Source: Deltaproteobacteria bacterium
GTDB taxonomy: Bacteria > Myxococcota > Myxococcia > SLRQ01
Direction of reading: 5' to 3'
NCBI GenBank assembly: GCA_029210625.1
Contig: JARGFU010000001.1
Location: 69,806 to 133,805 of the forward strand
DNA: 64,000 nt
The first letter of the stretch is position 1. Each line of letters starts with the position of its first letter. A model generated the notes under the pieces. It was given only the letters and a program-made list of their open reading frames with translations. It searched no databases and was not told the origin of the DNA. Both the position numbers and the translations under genes were made by a program. Positions 36,005-44,990 of this stretch are shown here, one piece after another.

Positions 36005-37495
36005 ATGCTCGGATCGTTCGCCAGGGAGATCACGGAGCTGCTGCCCTCGCGCCGGGAGGCGCTGATCCTGGCGGCCCTGACCTCCCCCTACCTCCTGGTG
36101 CTCTGGGGGGTGGGCTACCCGATCATGCAGGACCTCTCCGGGCACCTGGAGGTGGCGCACCTGCTGCGCGAGCTGCTCGGCGGCAACGCCTTCTACGCCG
36201 AGTACTACCGGATCCAGCCCTGGCCCTGGCCCAACTCGGCCGGCGTCCTCCTCCTCGCCGGGCTCGAGGGCCTCGTCGCGCCGATGACGGCGGCGAAGCT
36301 CCTCCTCTCCGGCTACCTCTTCTTCTGGACCTTCGCCCTGGCCGCCTTCGCCAAGAGCCTGAAGCTCTCGCCCCTCACGGCGCTGCTAGGGATCTGCGCG
36401 GCGCTCGACTACAACTGGACCGCCGGCTTCTTCAACTGGCTCCTGGCCAAGCCCTTCGTCCTGCTCGTCCTCGCCCTCGCGATCCGCTACGCCACCGAGC
36501 GGCGCCGGTCCCAGGGGATCTGGGTCGCCGCGCTGCTCTGCCTGACCTTCGTCTTCCACGGGATGGTCTGGGGCTACGCCCTCGGGATGGCGGCCCTGAC
36601 CCTCGTCTTCTGGGGTGAGGGACGGCAGCGCTGGCGCTCCCTCTGGGTGCTCGCCCCCTCCTTCGGGATGATGCTGCCCTACCTCCTCTCCGAGCGGACC
36701 ACCGAGCGGATGTCGAACCAGACCCTCTGGTTCGGCCCCGACCAGGGCTTCTCTCACCTCTGGGACTACCTGGGGCAGCTCGGCAGCTCGAACACCGACG
36801 AGCTCGCCTGGCTGATCCCGCTCCTCCTCCTGGCCCTCGCGCCCCTCGCCACCCTGCACGACGACTGGCGCCGGCGCCGGCGCACCTACCTCCTGCTGGT
36901 GATCGGCGGCCTGATGGTCACCTACCTCTTCGGCCCGATGAACGTCCCCGACGTCTCCATCATCAGCGTGCGTCACCTGGTCTACGTCTGGGCGATGGTG
37001 ATCTGCCTGCCGGCCATCGAGTGGCGGCGCACCTTCACGGTGGCGGCCGTGGCCGCCCTCCTCCTCGCCGGGACCGTCCACGCCCTCGGGCTGCGCAGCA
37101 GCTACCTCGAGTTCGAGGCCCGGGACATGGAGGGCTTCCGGGAGCTGATCGCCCAGATCCCCGAGGAGCGCTTCCTGGCCGTGCAGTACGACTCGGCGAC
37201 CTCCAGCTTCGGGCGCCACGCCGCCGCCTGGCACTGGCCCAAGCACTACACGATCGAGGGCGGGGGGCTGACCAACGACTCCTTCGCCTTCCGCCGCACG
37301 ACCTTCGTGACCCTGAAGAGCGAGGAGGGGAAGGCGCGCCTCACCCACTCCTACCTCGGCGCGGACGCGGCCGAGTACTGGGACTACCTCCTCGTGCGCA
37401 CCGCGGGCTCGCCCCGCAACCGCCGGATGATCGAGCCCCTGACCGACCCGGTGGGCCGGGCGGGCACCTGGCGGCTCTACCGCTACCAGCGCTAG
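36005..37495 (+). CDS. Polytopic membrane protein of unknown function
   Basis: 496 aa. About 10 hydrophobic helices in the N-terminal 340 aa plus a C-terminal soluble domain. Resembles glycosyltransferase-39/DUF2079-like topologies. No catalytic motif recognised. Confidence 0.6.
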   Translation: MLGSFAREITELLPSRREALILAALTSPYLLVLWGVGYPIMQDLSGHLEVAHLLRELLGGNAFYAEYYRIQPWPWPNSAGVLLLAGLEGLVAPMTAAKLLLSGYLFFWTFALAAFAKSLKLSPLTALLGICAALDYNWTAGFFNWLLAKPFVLLVLALAIRYATERRRSQGIWVAALLCLTFVFHGMVWGYALGMAALTLVFWGEGRQRWRSLWVLAPSFGMMLPYLLSERTTERMSNQTLWFGPDQGFSHLWDYLGQLGSSNTDELAWLIPLLLLALAPLATLHDDWRRRRRTYLLLVIGGLMVTYLFGPMNVPDVSIISVRHLVYVWAMVICLPAIEWRRTFTVAAVAALLLAGTVHALGLRSSYLEFEARDMEGFRELIAQIPEERFLAVQYDSATSSFGRHAAAWHWPKHYTIEGGGLTNDSFAFRRTTFVTLKSEEGKARLTHSYLGADAAEYWDYLLVRTAGSPRNRRMIEPLTDPVGRAGTWRLYRYQR

Positions 37496-38397
37496 GAGAG
37501 CCGGAAGGCGCTCAGGCGCAGGGTGCGCTTCTCCTCGGCCTCGGGGAAGTCGCTGCCGCTCCGGCCGCGCCAGAGGACCTCGAGCGGGCGCTTTGCGCTC
37601 GCCGCGAAGGCCTCCTCGAGCTCGTCCCAGCTGCGCGGGTCGTGGTGGAAGAAGACCAGGATCCACCCCCCGCGCTCCACGAGGGCGGCGCAGGGTCCGG
37701 CCAGCGCGAGGGGGGTCAGCGCGTCGCGCTGCGCCCCGTCCTCGGGGCCCGGTGGGGGATCGAGGATCACCCCGCCGAAGCGGCGCTCGCCTCGCGCCGC
37801 CCTCCGCAGGAAGCGGGGGACGTCCTCGCGGACGCGGTCCCGGGCGTCGCTGCGCTGCGCGTTGAGCGCGTGGTTGGCGGCGCAGCGCTCGAGGGCGCGC
37901 CGCTGCGAGTCCACGTGGGTCACCGAGGCCGCCCCCCCGGCCAGGGCCGCCACGCCCAGGCTGCCGGCGAAGGAGAAAAGGTTGAGCACCCGCCGGCCTT
38001 CCGAGCTCGACTGCAGCCAGCGCCGCGCCGGCCGGGCGTCGAGGTAGAGGCCCGGGTTGCCCGCGGCCCAGGGCTCGATCGCGTAGCGCAGCCCCGCCTC
38101 GCGAACGACGAGCGGCTCCCCGGGCATCGTCCCGTGCAGCACGCTCACCGGCCGGCCCCGCTCCCGCAGCACGATGAGCTCGAAGCGCCCGAGCCCCCTC
38201 AGCCACGCGCCGGCCGCCGCGAGCTCGGCCTCGCTCGCGCCCTTGCCGGTGAGGATCGCCGCGTCGCCGTAGCGATCGATCTCGAGGCCAGGCACGCCCT
38301 CGCTGTAGCCGTGGAAGAGCCGGTAGACCTCCAGCCCCTCGTCGTCGCGCAGCCCGGCGCGCGCCGCGTCGGCGCGGGCGAGGGCCTCCTCGAGCAT
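37492..38397 (-). CDS. Class I SAM-dependent methyltransferase (RlmI/YccW-like catalytic domain)
   Basis: Motif I VLNLFSFAGSLGVAAL, VTHVDSQRRALE, post-I ILDPP. Start at internal Met 38397 (MLEEAL...). The upstream 181 aa of track ORF 37492..38940 is R/G-rich read-through across the opposite-strand rhodanese gene. Confidence 0.65.
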   Translation of the reverse strand: MLEEALARADAARAGLRDDEGLEVYRLFHGYSEGVPGLEIDRYGDAAILTGKGASEAELAAAGAWLRGLGRFELIVLRERGRPVSVLHGTMPGEPLVVREAGLRYAIEPWAAGNPGLYLDARPARRWLQSSSEGRRVLNLFSFAGSLGVAALAGGAASVTHVDSQRRALERCAANHALNAQRSDARDRVREDVPRFLRRAARGERRFGGVILDPPPGPEDGAQRDALTPLALAGPCAALVERGGWILVFFHHDPRSWDELEEAFAASAKRPLEVLWRGRSGSDFPEAEEKRTLRLSAFRLS

Positions 38398-38411
38398 GGC
38401 CGGAGACCCGC

Positions 38412-38855
38412 TCACTCGGTCGGCCGGCCGTCCTGGCTCCAGGCGCTCCAGTGGCCCTCGAGGAGCCGGACGTGGAGGTAGCCCGCGTCGACGAGGACGG
38501 TCTCGGCGGCGCTCGCCCGGCTGCCCCCGTGGCAGTAGACGACCAGCTCCTCCCCCGGGCTGGCGGGCACCTCGCCCAGCCGGCTCGCCAGCGTGTCGTG
38601 GGGGAGGTTCAAGGCGCCGGGCACGTGCCCGCCGGCGTACTCGGAGGGCGTGCGGACATCGAGGATGAAGGGCGCCAGGCCCGCCTCGATCCGCTGCTGC
38701 AGATCGGCCCCGCTGATCGGCCCCTCGGGGATGGTGACCGAAGCGTCCGGCGTGCCGCCGTCCCCTCCCTCCGGCGGCGGACCACAGCTCGCCAGGGCGA
38801 GCAGCAAGAGCGTCCCGACGATCCGACCCGAGGCCGACTCTCCCACGCGCGTCAT
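38412..38855 (-). CDS. Rhodanese-domain lipoprotein
   Basis: Signal LLLLALASC. ILDVRTPSEYAGGHVPGALNLP. Active-site loop VVYCHGGSRAS. Paralogue of the gene at 14250..14606. Confidence 0.75.
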   Translation of the reverse strand: MTRVGESASGRIVGTLLLLALASCGPPPEGGDGGTPDASVTIPEGPISGADLQQRIEAGLAPFILDVRTPSEYAGGHVPGALNLPHDTLASRLGEVPASPGEELVVYCHGGSRASAAETVLVDAGYLHVRLLEGHWSAWSQDGRPTE

Positions 38856-39030
38856 GCGCCCCATCCTCCTTCGGGTGTCGTCGCGGAGCCAGGCCCCTGC
38901 AGCCGCTGGTCGGGGCCTGAACACCGGGGGCGTAACGCATCGTTACCGAAACAGATGCTCTCCTGCCGTGATTTCAGGCCCTTGGAGGCCCCCGCAGGAC
39001 CCTGGCACGCTCACTGCTCTTCCCCGGGGC

Positions 39031-41286
39031 ATGATCCGCCCTGCCCTCGTGCCGCCCCTCCTCGTCCTCCTTTTGGCCGCCGCCTGTGGAGGGGAGCTCG
39101 GCTCCGAGCTCGCCAGCCGCCGGGACGCCCTCGCCGTCTCGGGTCCCTGGAGCGCCCCCGCCAGCACCCGCGAGGTCGCCGCCCACCAGTACGTCGACGT
39201 GGTCGATCCGCCGGCGGTCTCTCCCGATGGCTACTGCAGCTCGAGCAACCCCTTCGCCTGCTCCTGCGTCCACCCCGCCTGCTCGCCGGCCCACCCGGGG
39301 ACCGTCGAGCTCGATCGCTTCCTGCGAGCGCGCTTCCCCTACCTGAGCTCCGGGGGGCTCTTCTGCTGCCGGCAGAACAGCGCCACCACCAGCGTGCCCA
39401 GGCTCTCGGTCCACGCCATCGGCCGGGCCATCGACCTGATGGTCCCCATGTCGAGCGGGGACGCCGACAACGGCCTCGGGGATCCGGTGGTGAACTGGCT
39501 GGTGGAGAACGCCGAGTTCATCGGCGTGCAGCGCATCGTCTGGGACAAGGCCTACTGGAACGGCGAGCGCGGCTTCGGGTTGCTGGGCTCCTCCTCCTCG
39601 CCCCACACCAACCACATCCACCTCGAGCTCTCCCGCGCCGGCGCCGCGATGCAGACCCCCTTCTTCACCACCGGCGCCCACACCGGGGCCTGCGCCGCCC
39701 GCTGCGAGGGCGGCCTGCTCCTCGGCGCCGACTGCGGCGCGACCCGCTGCGCCGACTACGGCACCGAGTGTGTGGGCGGCGCCAGCCCTCGCTGCGGCGA
39801 GCCGCCGCCGCCGGAGCCGCCCGAGGCCGCCCACCACGCCGGGGCCGCGCTCCCCTCGGTCCGCCCGCAGGGCGCGCGAGGCCGCGTCACCCTCCTCCCC
39901 CCGACCCGCCTCTTCGACTCGCGGACCTCCAGCGCCAGCCGGGATCTCCTCCGCGCCGACGGCAGCCAGAGCGGCCCGCTGAAGCCGGGCGCCAACACCT
40001 GGGCGCCCTCCGCGTCGCTCTTGCCCGGTGGCGCCACCGCCGCCTGGCTGAACCTGGCCGCGGTGCCCGGTGAGAGCCCGGGTTTCCTGACCGGCGCTCC
40101 CGCCGGCGAGCGCCAGCCGGCCACCTCCAGCCTGAACTTCGCGCCCGGGCGGGTCCGCTCGAACGCCCTGCCCGTCGTCCTCGGCGCGGGCTCGGGCGTC
40201 AGCTTCCACACCGGCACCGAGGTCCACCTCGTGGGCGATCTCGGCGCGGTCTTCACCCCCGACGGCGACGGCCTCACCCTCACCGGCCCCACCCGCGTCC
40301 TCGACACCCGCGCCAGCGACGCCCCCCTCCTCGACGGAGAGGTCCGCGAGGTGGACGTCCGCGCTCCGGCGAACGCCACGGGCGTGTTCGCCTCCCTCGC
40401 CCTCATCGGGGGGGACGCGCCGGGCCACGTCGTCGCCTTCCCCTGCGGCGGCTCGCAGCCCTCCACCAGCAGCGTGAACTTCGCCGCCGGCTCCGTCTCG
40501 GCCCACACGGTCGTCTCCGGCCTCGGCGGCGGGAAGCTCTGCGTCCGCGCCCACAACTCGGCCCACCTCATCGTCGACGTGGCGGGCTTCCTCTCCCCCG
40601 GAGGTGAGCTGGCCTACCAGCCCCTCGCTCTGGTGCGCCTGCTCGACACCCGGGCGGCCGGCGCCCTCTACAGCGGCCGGCTGGGTGCCCGGCAGGTCAT
40701 CGAGCTTCCCCTGCAGTCCCTCGCCGGGATGCCCGAGGGCGCCTGGGGAGCAGCCCTCAACCTCACCACCGTGGGCGCCGACGGCCCGGGTCACCTCACG
40801 ACCTTCCCCTGCGGTGGCAGCGTCCCGAACACCTCCTCCCTCAACTTCGGTGCCGGCGACGCCACCGCCGCGCTCACGGTCTCCTCCCTCGGGCAGAGCG
40901 GCCGGCTCTGCGTCTTCGCCAGCTCCCGCACCCACCTGATCGCCGACCTCGTCGGGGTCTGGGTCCACGACGAGCGCGCCGCGCCGCCGCCCCCCTCACC
41001 GGAGCCCGATCCCGCGGACGGCGGCGACGCGCCCGAGGAGCCCGAGGCGCCCCTCCCGCCGGATCCGGAGGAGCCCGGCGACCCGGCGGTGCCCACCGCG
41101 CCGGGGATCCCCGATCCCTCGGGCGATCCCTCGGCCCCCGGCGAGCCCGGAGCGCCTCGCCAGGGCGAGGCGATCGGAGGCTGCAGCACGACCACCGGGA
41201 GCCCGAGCGGCGCCGCCCTGCTCCTCTTGCTCCTCCTCTTGCCCGAGGCGCACCGGCGAGCCCGGCGAGGCACGCCGGAGGCCTGA
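39031..41286 (+). CDS. Surface lipoprotein with MYXO-CTERM-type sorting tail, N-terminal peptidase-like domain and three internal repeats
   Basis: Lipoprotein signal LLVLLLAAAC. N-terminal domain with HTNHIHLEL. Three ~110-aa repeats each carrying P-x-R-(V/L)-(L/F)-D-(T/S)-R and FPCGGS.P.TSS(L/V)NF. Pro/Asp-rich linker, then GGCSTTTGSPSGAALLLLLLLLPEAHRRARRG (Cys + hydrophobic helix + Arg cluster). Confidence 0.7.
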   Translation: MIRPALVPPLLVLLLAAACGGELGSELASRRDALAVSGPWSAPASTREVAAHQYVDVVDPPAVSPDGYCSSSNPFACSCVHPACSPAHPGTVELDRFLRARFPYLSSGGLFCCRQNSATTSVPRLSVHAIGRAIDLMVPMSSGDADNGLGDPVVNWLVENAEFIGVQRIVWDKAYWNGERGFGLLGSSSSPHTNHIHLELSRAGAAMQTPFFTTGAHTGACAARCEGGLLLGADCGATRCADYGTECVGGASPRCGEPPPPEPPEAAHHAGAALPSVRPQGARGRVTLLPPTRLFDSRTSSASRDLLRADGSQSGPLKPGANTWAPSASLLPGGATAAWLNLAAVPGESPGFLTGAPAGERQPATSSLNFAPGRVRSNALPVVLGAGSGVSFHTGTEVHLVGDLGAVFTPDGDGLTLTGPTRVLDTRASDAPLLDGEVREVDVRAPANATGVFASLALIGGDAPGHVVAFPCGGSQPSTSSVNFAAGSVSAHTVVSGLGGGKLCVRAHNSAHLIVDVAGFLSPGGELAYQPLALVRLLDTRAAGALYSGRLGARQVIELPLQSLAGMPEGAWGAALNLTTVGADGPGHLTTFPCGGSVPNTSSLNFGAGDATAALTVSSLGQSGRLCVFASSRTHLIADLVGVWVHDERAAPPPPSPEPDPADGGDAPEEPEAPLPPDPEEPGDPAVPTAPGIPDPSGDPSAPGEPGAPRQGEAIGGCSTTTGSPSGAALLLLLLLLPEAHRRARRGTPEA

Positions 41287-41301
41287 TAGGCTCGGGAGAG
41301 C

Positions 41302-41790
41302 ATGCGGCTCTCCCGGACCCTCTGGCTCGCGGTGGCGCTGGCCTCGATCGGCGTGGTCCGGCTCTTCAGCGACTTCCTCACCGACATCGATCCCACCTGG
41401 ATCGACGCCTTCGAGGGCACCCCGCTGCGCTACCTGGCCCGCACCCCCGACGGCACCCTGGTCGGAGCCCTCAACAGCCAGTACTTCAAGGTCCTGGCGG
41501 TCCCCTGCGGCGTGGCCGGCATCTTCCTGGTCAACGCGGGCCTCACCGGCGGCCTGGCCGCGGCCGAGCAGCGCTGGGCCCGGCGCTCCTTCCGCCTGGC
41601 CGGCATCCTCGCCCTGGCCGTGATCTGCGCCGGCTGCGAGCTCGAGAAGGCGACCCACCTCTTCGGCCTGCCGACCGGCCTGGTGGAGGGCGAGCTGGCC
41701 TGGCTCAACCACGTGGTCCACAACGCCGGTGCGGTGCTGGCCTATCCGCTCTCCGGCTTCCTCCGCTACCGCGCTCCGGGGAGCGGCTAG
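41302..41790 (+). CDS. Small membrane protein, unknown function
   Basis: 162 aa with 3-4 hydrophobic helices. Lies downstream of the MYXO-CTERM gene and convergent with amtB. Confidence 0.5.
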   Translation: MRLSRTLWLAVALASIGVVRLFSDFLTDIDPTWIDAFEGTPLRYLARTPDGTLVGALNSQYFKVLAVPCGVAGIFLVNAGLTGGLAAAEQRWARRSFRLAGILALAVICAGCELEKATHLFGLPTGLVEGELAWLNHVVHNAGAVLAYPLSGFLRYRAPGSG

Positions 41791-41793
41791 CGC

Positions 41794-43101
41794 TCAGCGC
41801 TCGTCGAGCGCCGGAGCGAGCACCGGGGCCGCGGCGAGGTGCGCCCGGGCCGCCGCCGGCCGGGCCCCGTGGTGCGGGCCGGGCGAGAGATCGTAGGCCT
41901 GCATCCCGTGCTCACCGATGTCGAGGCCGAGCACCTCCTCTTCCTCGCTCACCCGCAGCCCCACCGTGGCGCGCAGCACCCAGAAGATCGCGAAGGCGAC
42001 CCCGAAGGCGAAGGCCCCGACGGCCAGCACGCCGACGAGCTGAGAGAGCACCTGCGCGGGCGAGGCCAGGGTCCCGAAGAGCCCGACCGCCAGGGTGCCC
42101 CAGACGCCGTTGAGGAGGTGCACCGAGATCGCGCCGACCGGATCGTCGAGCCGCAGGCGATCGAGGCCGAGGACCCCGAAGACCACGAGGCCACCGCCGA
42201 GGGCGCCCACGATCACGGCGTCCGCCGGCGAGAAGGTGTCGGCGCCGGCGGTGACCGCGACCAGGCCCGCCAGCAGACCGTTGAGCACCATCGAGAGGTC
42301 GGGCTTCCGGGAGAGGCGCCAGGAGACGAGGGTCGCGGCGACGATCCCCGCCGCCGCGGCGAGGTTGGTGGTGACCAGCACGTGGCTGACGGCGCCGGCG
42401 TCGGCGGAGAGCACCGAGCCGCCGTTGAAGCCGAACCAGCCCAGCCAGAGGAGGAAGGCGCCGATGGTGGCCAGCGGCAGGGAGTGCCCCATCACCGGGT
42501 TGATCCGCCCCCCCGCGTACTTGCCCTTGCGGGGCCCCACCAGGAGGGCGCCGGCGAGGGCCGCGAAGCCGCCGACCGCGTGGACCAGGGTCGAGCCGGC
42601 GAAGTCGTGGAAGGGGGTCTCGAGCGTGGCCAGGAAGCCTCCGCCCCAGCCCCACATCCCGGTCACGGGGTAGCCGATCGAGAGGAAGATCACGGCGAAG
42701 ACCAGGAAGCTCCCCAGCTTCACCCGCTCGGCCACCGCGCCGGAGACGATGGTCACCGCGGTGGCGGCGAACATCCCCTGGAAGAGGAAGTCGGTCCAGT
42801 AGGTGAAGTTGCCGTTGTAGGCCGGCTCGAGCCCCCCCTCGGGCACCACCAGCCCGAAGCCGCCGAAGCCGGCGATCCCGCCCGCGAAGGACTCCCCCGG
42901 GTACATCAGCCCGAACCCGACCGCGGCGTAGGTGAGCAGGCCGAGGGCCGGGATCAGGGTGTTCTTGAAGAGCACGTTGACGGTGTTCTTCGAGCGGGTG
43001 AGGCCAGCCTCGAGGGTGGCGAAGCCGAGGTGCATCACGAAGACCAGGGCCGTGGCGATCATCATCCAGAGGTTGGCGACGGTGAAGGAGACCTGTTCCA
43101 T
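41794..43101 (-). CDS. amtB: Ammonium transporter
   Basis: Amt family signature blocks (VFVMHLGFATLEAG, HAVGGFAALAGALLVGPRKGKY, twin-His region VHLLNGVWGTLAVGLF). 11 TM helices. Confidence 0.9.
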   Translation of the reverse strand: MEQVSFTVANLWMMIATALVFVMHLGFATLEAGLTRSKNTVNVLFKNTLIPALGLLTYAAVGFGLMYPGESFAGGIAGFGGFGLVVPEGGLEPAYNGNFTYWTDFLFQGMFAATAVTIVSGAVAERVKLGSFLVFAVIFLSIGYPVTGMWGWGGGFLATLETPFHDFAGSTLVHAVGGFAALAGALLVGPRKGKYAGGRINPVMGHSLPLATIGAFLLWLGWFGFNGGSVLSADAGAVSHVLVTTNLAAAAGIVAATLVSWRLSRKPDLSMVLNGLLAGLVAVTAGADTFSPADAVIVGALGGGLVVFGVLGLDRLRLDDPVGAISVHLLNGVWGTLAVGLFGTLASPAQVLSQLVGVLAVGAFAFGVAFAIFWVLRATVGLRVSEEEEVLGLDIGEHGMQAYDLSPGPHHGARPAAARAHLAAAPVLAPALDER

Positions 43102-43259
43102 GGCGCCGGGGAAGAGCCAGATCCGTGCCAGCCTCGGAGGGGCTCTTCAGCCGCGTGCTGCCCCCCTCGTGGGCAAACGCGGCGCGAGCACTGCCCGGAT
43201 CCTGGGCAGTGCCCGCTGCATGGGCAGCCGGCCCGAAGATCTCGTCGACCGGGCGCGCG

Positions 43260-43826
43260 CTACCAGCGGTAGCGCCACTGGCAGTTGGAGTCGCCGCGCA
43301 GCACGCAGGTGTGGTGGACGGCCTCCTTGATCGTGCAGCCGGAGAGCTCCAGCGGCGCCTGGTACCAGCCGCGCAGGCGGTGGTTGCACCACTCCGGGTG
43401 CTTGTAGGCGAAGCCCTCCAGGCGCAGGGTGACCGAGTCCTTCTGGCTCTCCACGATCACCAGGCGCCCCTGGGTGATCATCTTCTCGTAGACCGCGGCC
43501 GCCTTGCTGATGATGTAGCCCGGCTTCCCCAGCCGGAAGAAGATCGCGTAGACGCGGGAGAAGGACTGCTTCGCCGAGGCGAGGCTGATCTTGTAGTTGA
43601 TCTCGGGATCGTCCGGGCCCAGCACCCACTTGATGGCGTCGAGGAACTCCCCGACGTGCTCCACCGGGCACAGGGTCATGAAGAGCGCCGTCCTCGCCGT
43701 CTGCGCGGCCTCGGGGCTCATCGCGGCGAAGATCGCCTCCACGGCTGCTGGACCGTGCTTCGCCTTCAGGTAATCCAGGGTATGGACGAAGCCGCTCCCC
43801 TTCACCTGGATTCCAGATGTGATCAC
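43260..43826 (-). CDS. TIGR02265/DUF2378-like protein (myxobacterial paralogous family)
   Basis: GTG start preceded by GAAGGAG 6 nt upstream. 188 aa: VKGSGFVHTLDYLKAKHG ... CNHRLRGWYQAPLELSGC. The rest of track ORF 43260..44915 is read-through. Confidence 0.6.
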   Translation of the reverse strand: MITSGIQVKGSGFVHTLDYLKAKHGPAAVEAIFAAMSPEAAQTARTALFMTLCPVEHVGEFLDAIKWVLGPDDPEINYKISLASAKQSFSRVYAIFFRLGKPGYIISKAAAVYEKMITQGRLVIVESQKDSVTLRLEGFAYKHPEWCNHRLRGWYQAPLELSGCTIKEAVHHTCVLRGDSNCQWRYRW

Positions 43827-43877
43827 GGTGATCTCCTTCGCTCGAAGAGGTCGGGCAATGCTAGCCTGAGGGGCACG

Positions 43878-44990
43878 ATGAGGACCATGCGGCGCGCTGC
43901 TCTGGGGATCGGGCTCCTCCTCCTCTCGGCCACCGCCTGTCAGGGCATGGTCCGGCGGGCCCTGGTGCCCGACCAGCCCTTCGCCCAGACCGAGGCGCCG
44001 GCCGCCCCGGACTACGCCGACGAGGCGAGCTGGGCGGCCCTGCCGGATCGGGAGGACGACGCCGACGTGGCGCCGGAGGGCGAGAGCGACGGGCAGGCCA
44101 CGGCCGCCGTGGATGTCTTCTTCGTCCACCCGACGACCTACTACGACGACGCCTTCTGGAATCAGCCCCTCGACGACGAGAAGACGAACACCCGCACCGA
44201 CGAGGGCGTGATGCGCCGGCAGGCCAGCGCCTTCAACTCGGTGGGGCGCATCTACGCGCCCCGCTACCGGCAGGCCACCCTCGGCGCCTACCTGGCCGAG
44301 GACTTCGAGGACACCCGCCAGGCCCTCGACCTCGCCTACGGCGACGTGCGCCGGGCCTTCGAGCACTACCTGGCCACCTGGGCGCAGGACCGCCCGCTGA
44401 TCCTCGCCAGCCACAGCCAGGGCTCGGGGCACATGGTGCGCCTGGTCCACGAGTTCCTCTCCGGGGACGCCCCCGCGAACGTCGCGCTGCGCGCGCGCCT
44501 CGTCGCGGTCTACGCGATCGGTGGCGCCATCCCCCTCGACGAGGTGGAGCGCACCTTCCCCGAGATCCCGGTCTGCGCGACCCCGGAGCAGACCGGCTGC
44601 CTCCTCACCTACAACTCCCTGAAGGCCGGCGAGGCCCCCGGCGAGGAGTTCGAGCGGCGCATGTGGTACCCCGAGGGCTGGCTGCCCATCGAGGACCGCC
44701 CGCTGATCTGCGTGAACCCCGTGACCTGGCGGGACGACGACGAGGCGAGCGCCCAGGCCGAGCACCTCGGCGCCGTGCGCTTCGTGAAGGACGAGCTCTC
44801 CCCCGAGCCCGATCCGGCCTGGCTCACCGCCGCCTGCCGCGCCGACGGCTACCTCGACGTGGACCTCCTCGAGTCGCGCCGCTACGGCCCCGGGACCGGC
44901 GGCAGCAGCTACCACATCATCGACTACGCCCTCTTCTACCTGGACCTCCGCCGCAACGCGGAGGCCCGGGTCGCCGCCTTCCTGCCCTGA
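43878..44990 (+). CDS. DUF3089-like lipoprotein (alpha/beta-hydrolase-fold)
   Basis: Signal LLLLSATAC. Conserved VDVFFVHPTTYY and ASHSQGSGH blocks. Confidence 0.7.
   Translation: MRTMRRAALGIGLLLLSATACQGMVRRALVPDQPFAQTEAPAAPDYADEASWAALPDREDDADVAPEGESDGQATAAVDVFFVHPTTYYDDAFWNQPLDDEKTNTRTDEGVMRRQASAFNSVGRIYAPRYRQATLGAYLAEDFEDTRQALDLAYGDVRRAFEHYLATWAQDRPLILASHSQGSGHMVRLVHEFLSGDAPANVALRARLVAVYAIGGAIPLDEVERTFPEIPVCATPEQTGCLLTYNSLKAGEAPGEEFERRMWYPEGWLPIEDRPLICVNPVTWRDDDEASAQAEHLGAVRFVKDELSPEPDPAWLTAACRADGYLDVDLLESRRYGPGTGGSSYHIIDYALFYLDLRRNAEARVAAFLP

Noticed and set aside
38593-39030. Upstream extensions of track ORFs 38593..41286, 43125..44990, 49396..52236, 59819..61306, 37492..38940(-), 52233..54821(-) and 43260..44915(-)
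   Set aside because: Each extension reads through a neighbouring gene on the opposite strand or an intergenic region and is compositionally biased. Internal Met/Val codons with signal peptides or Shine-Dalgarno boxes give the sensible starts listed in the features.
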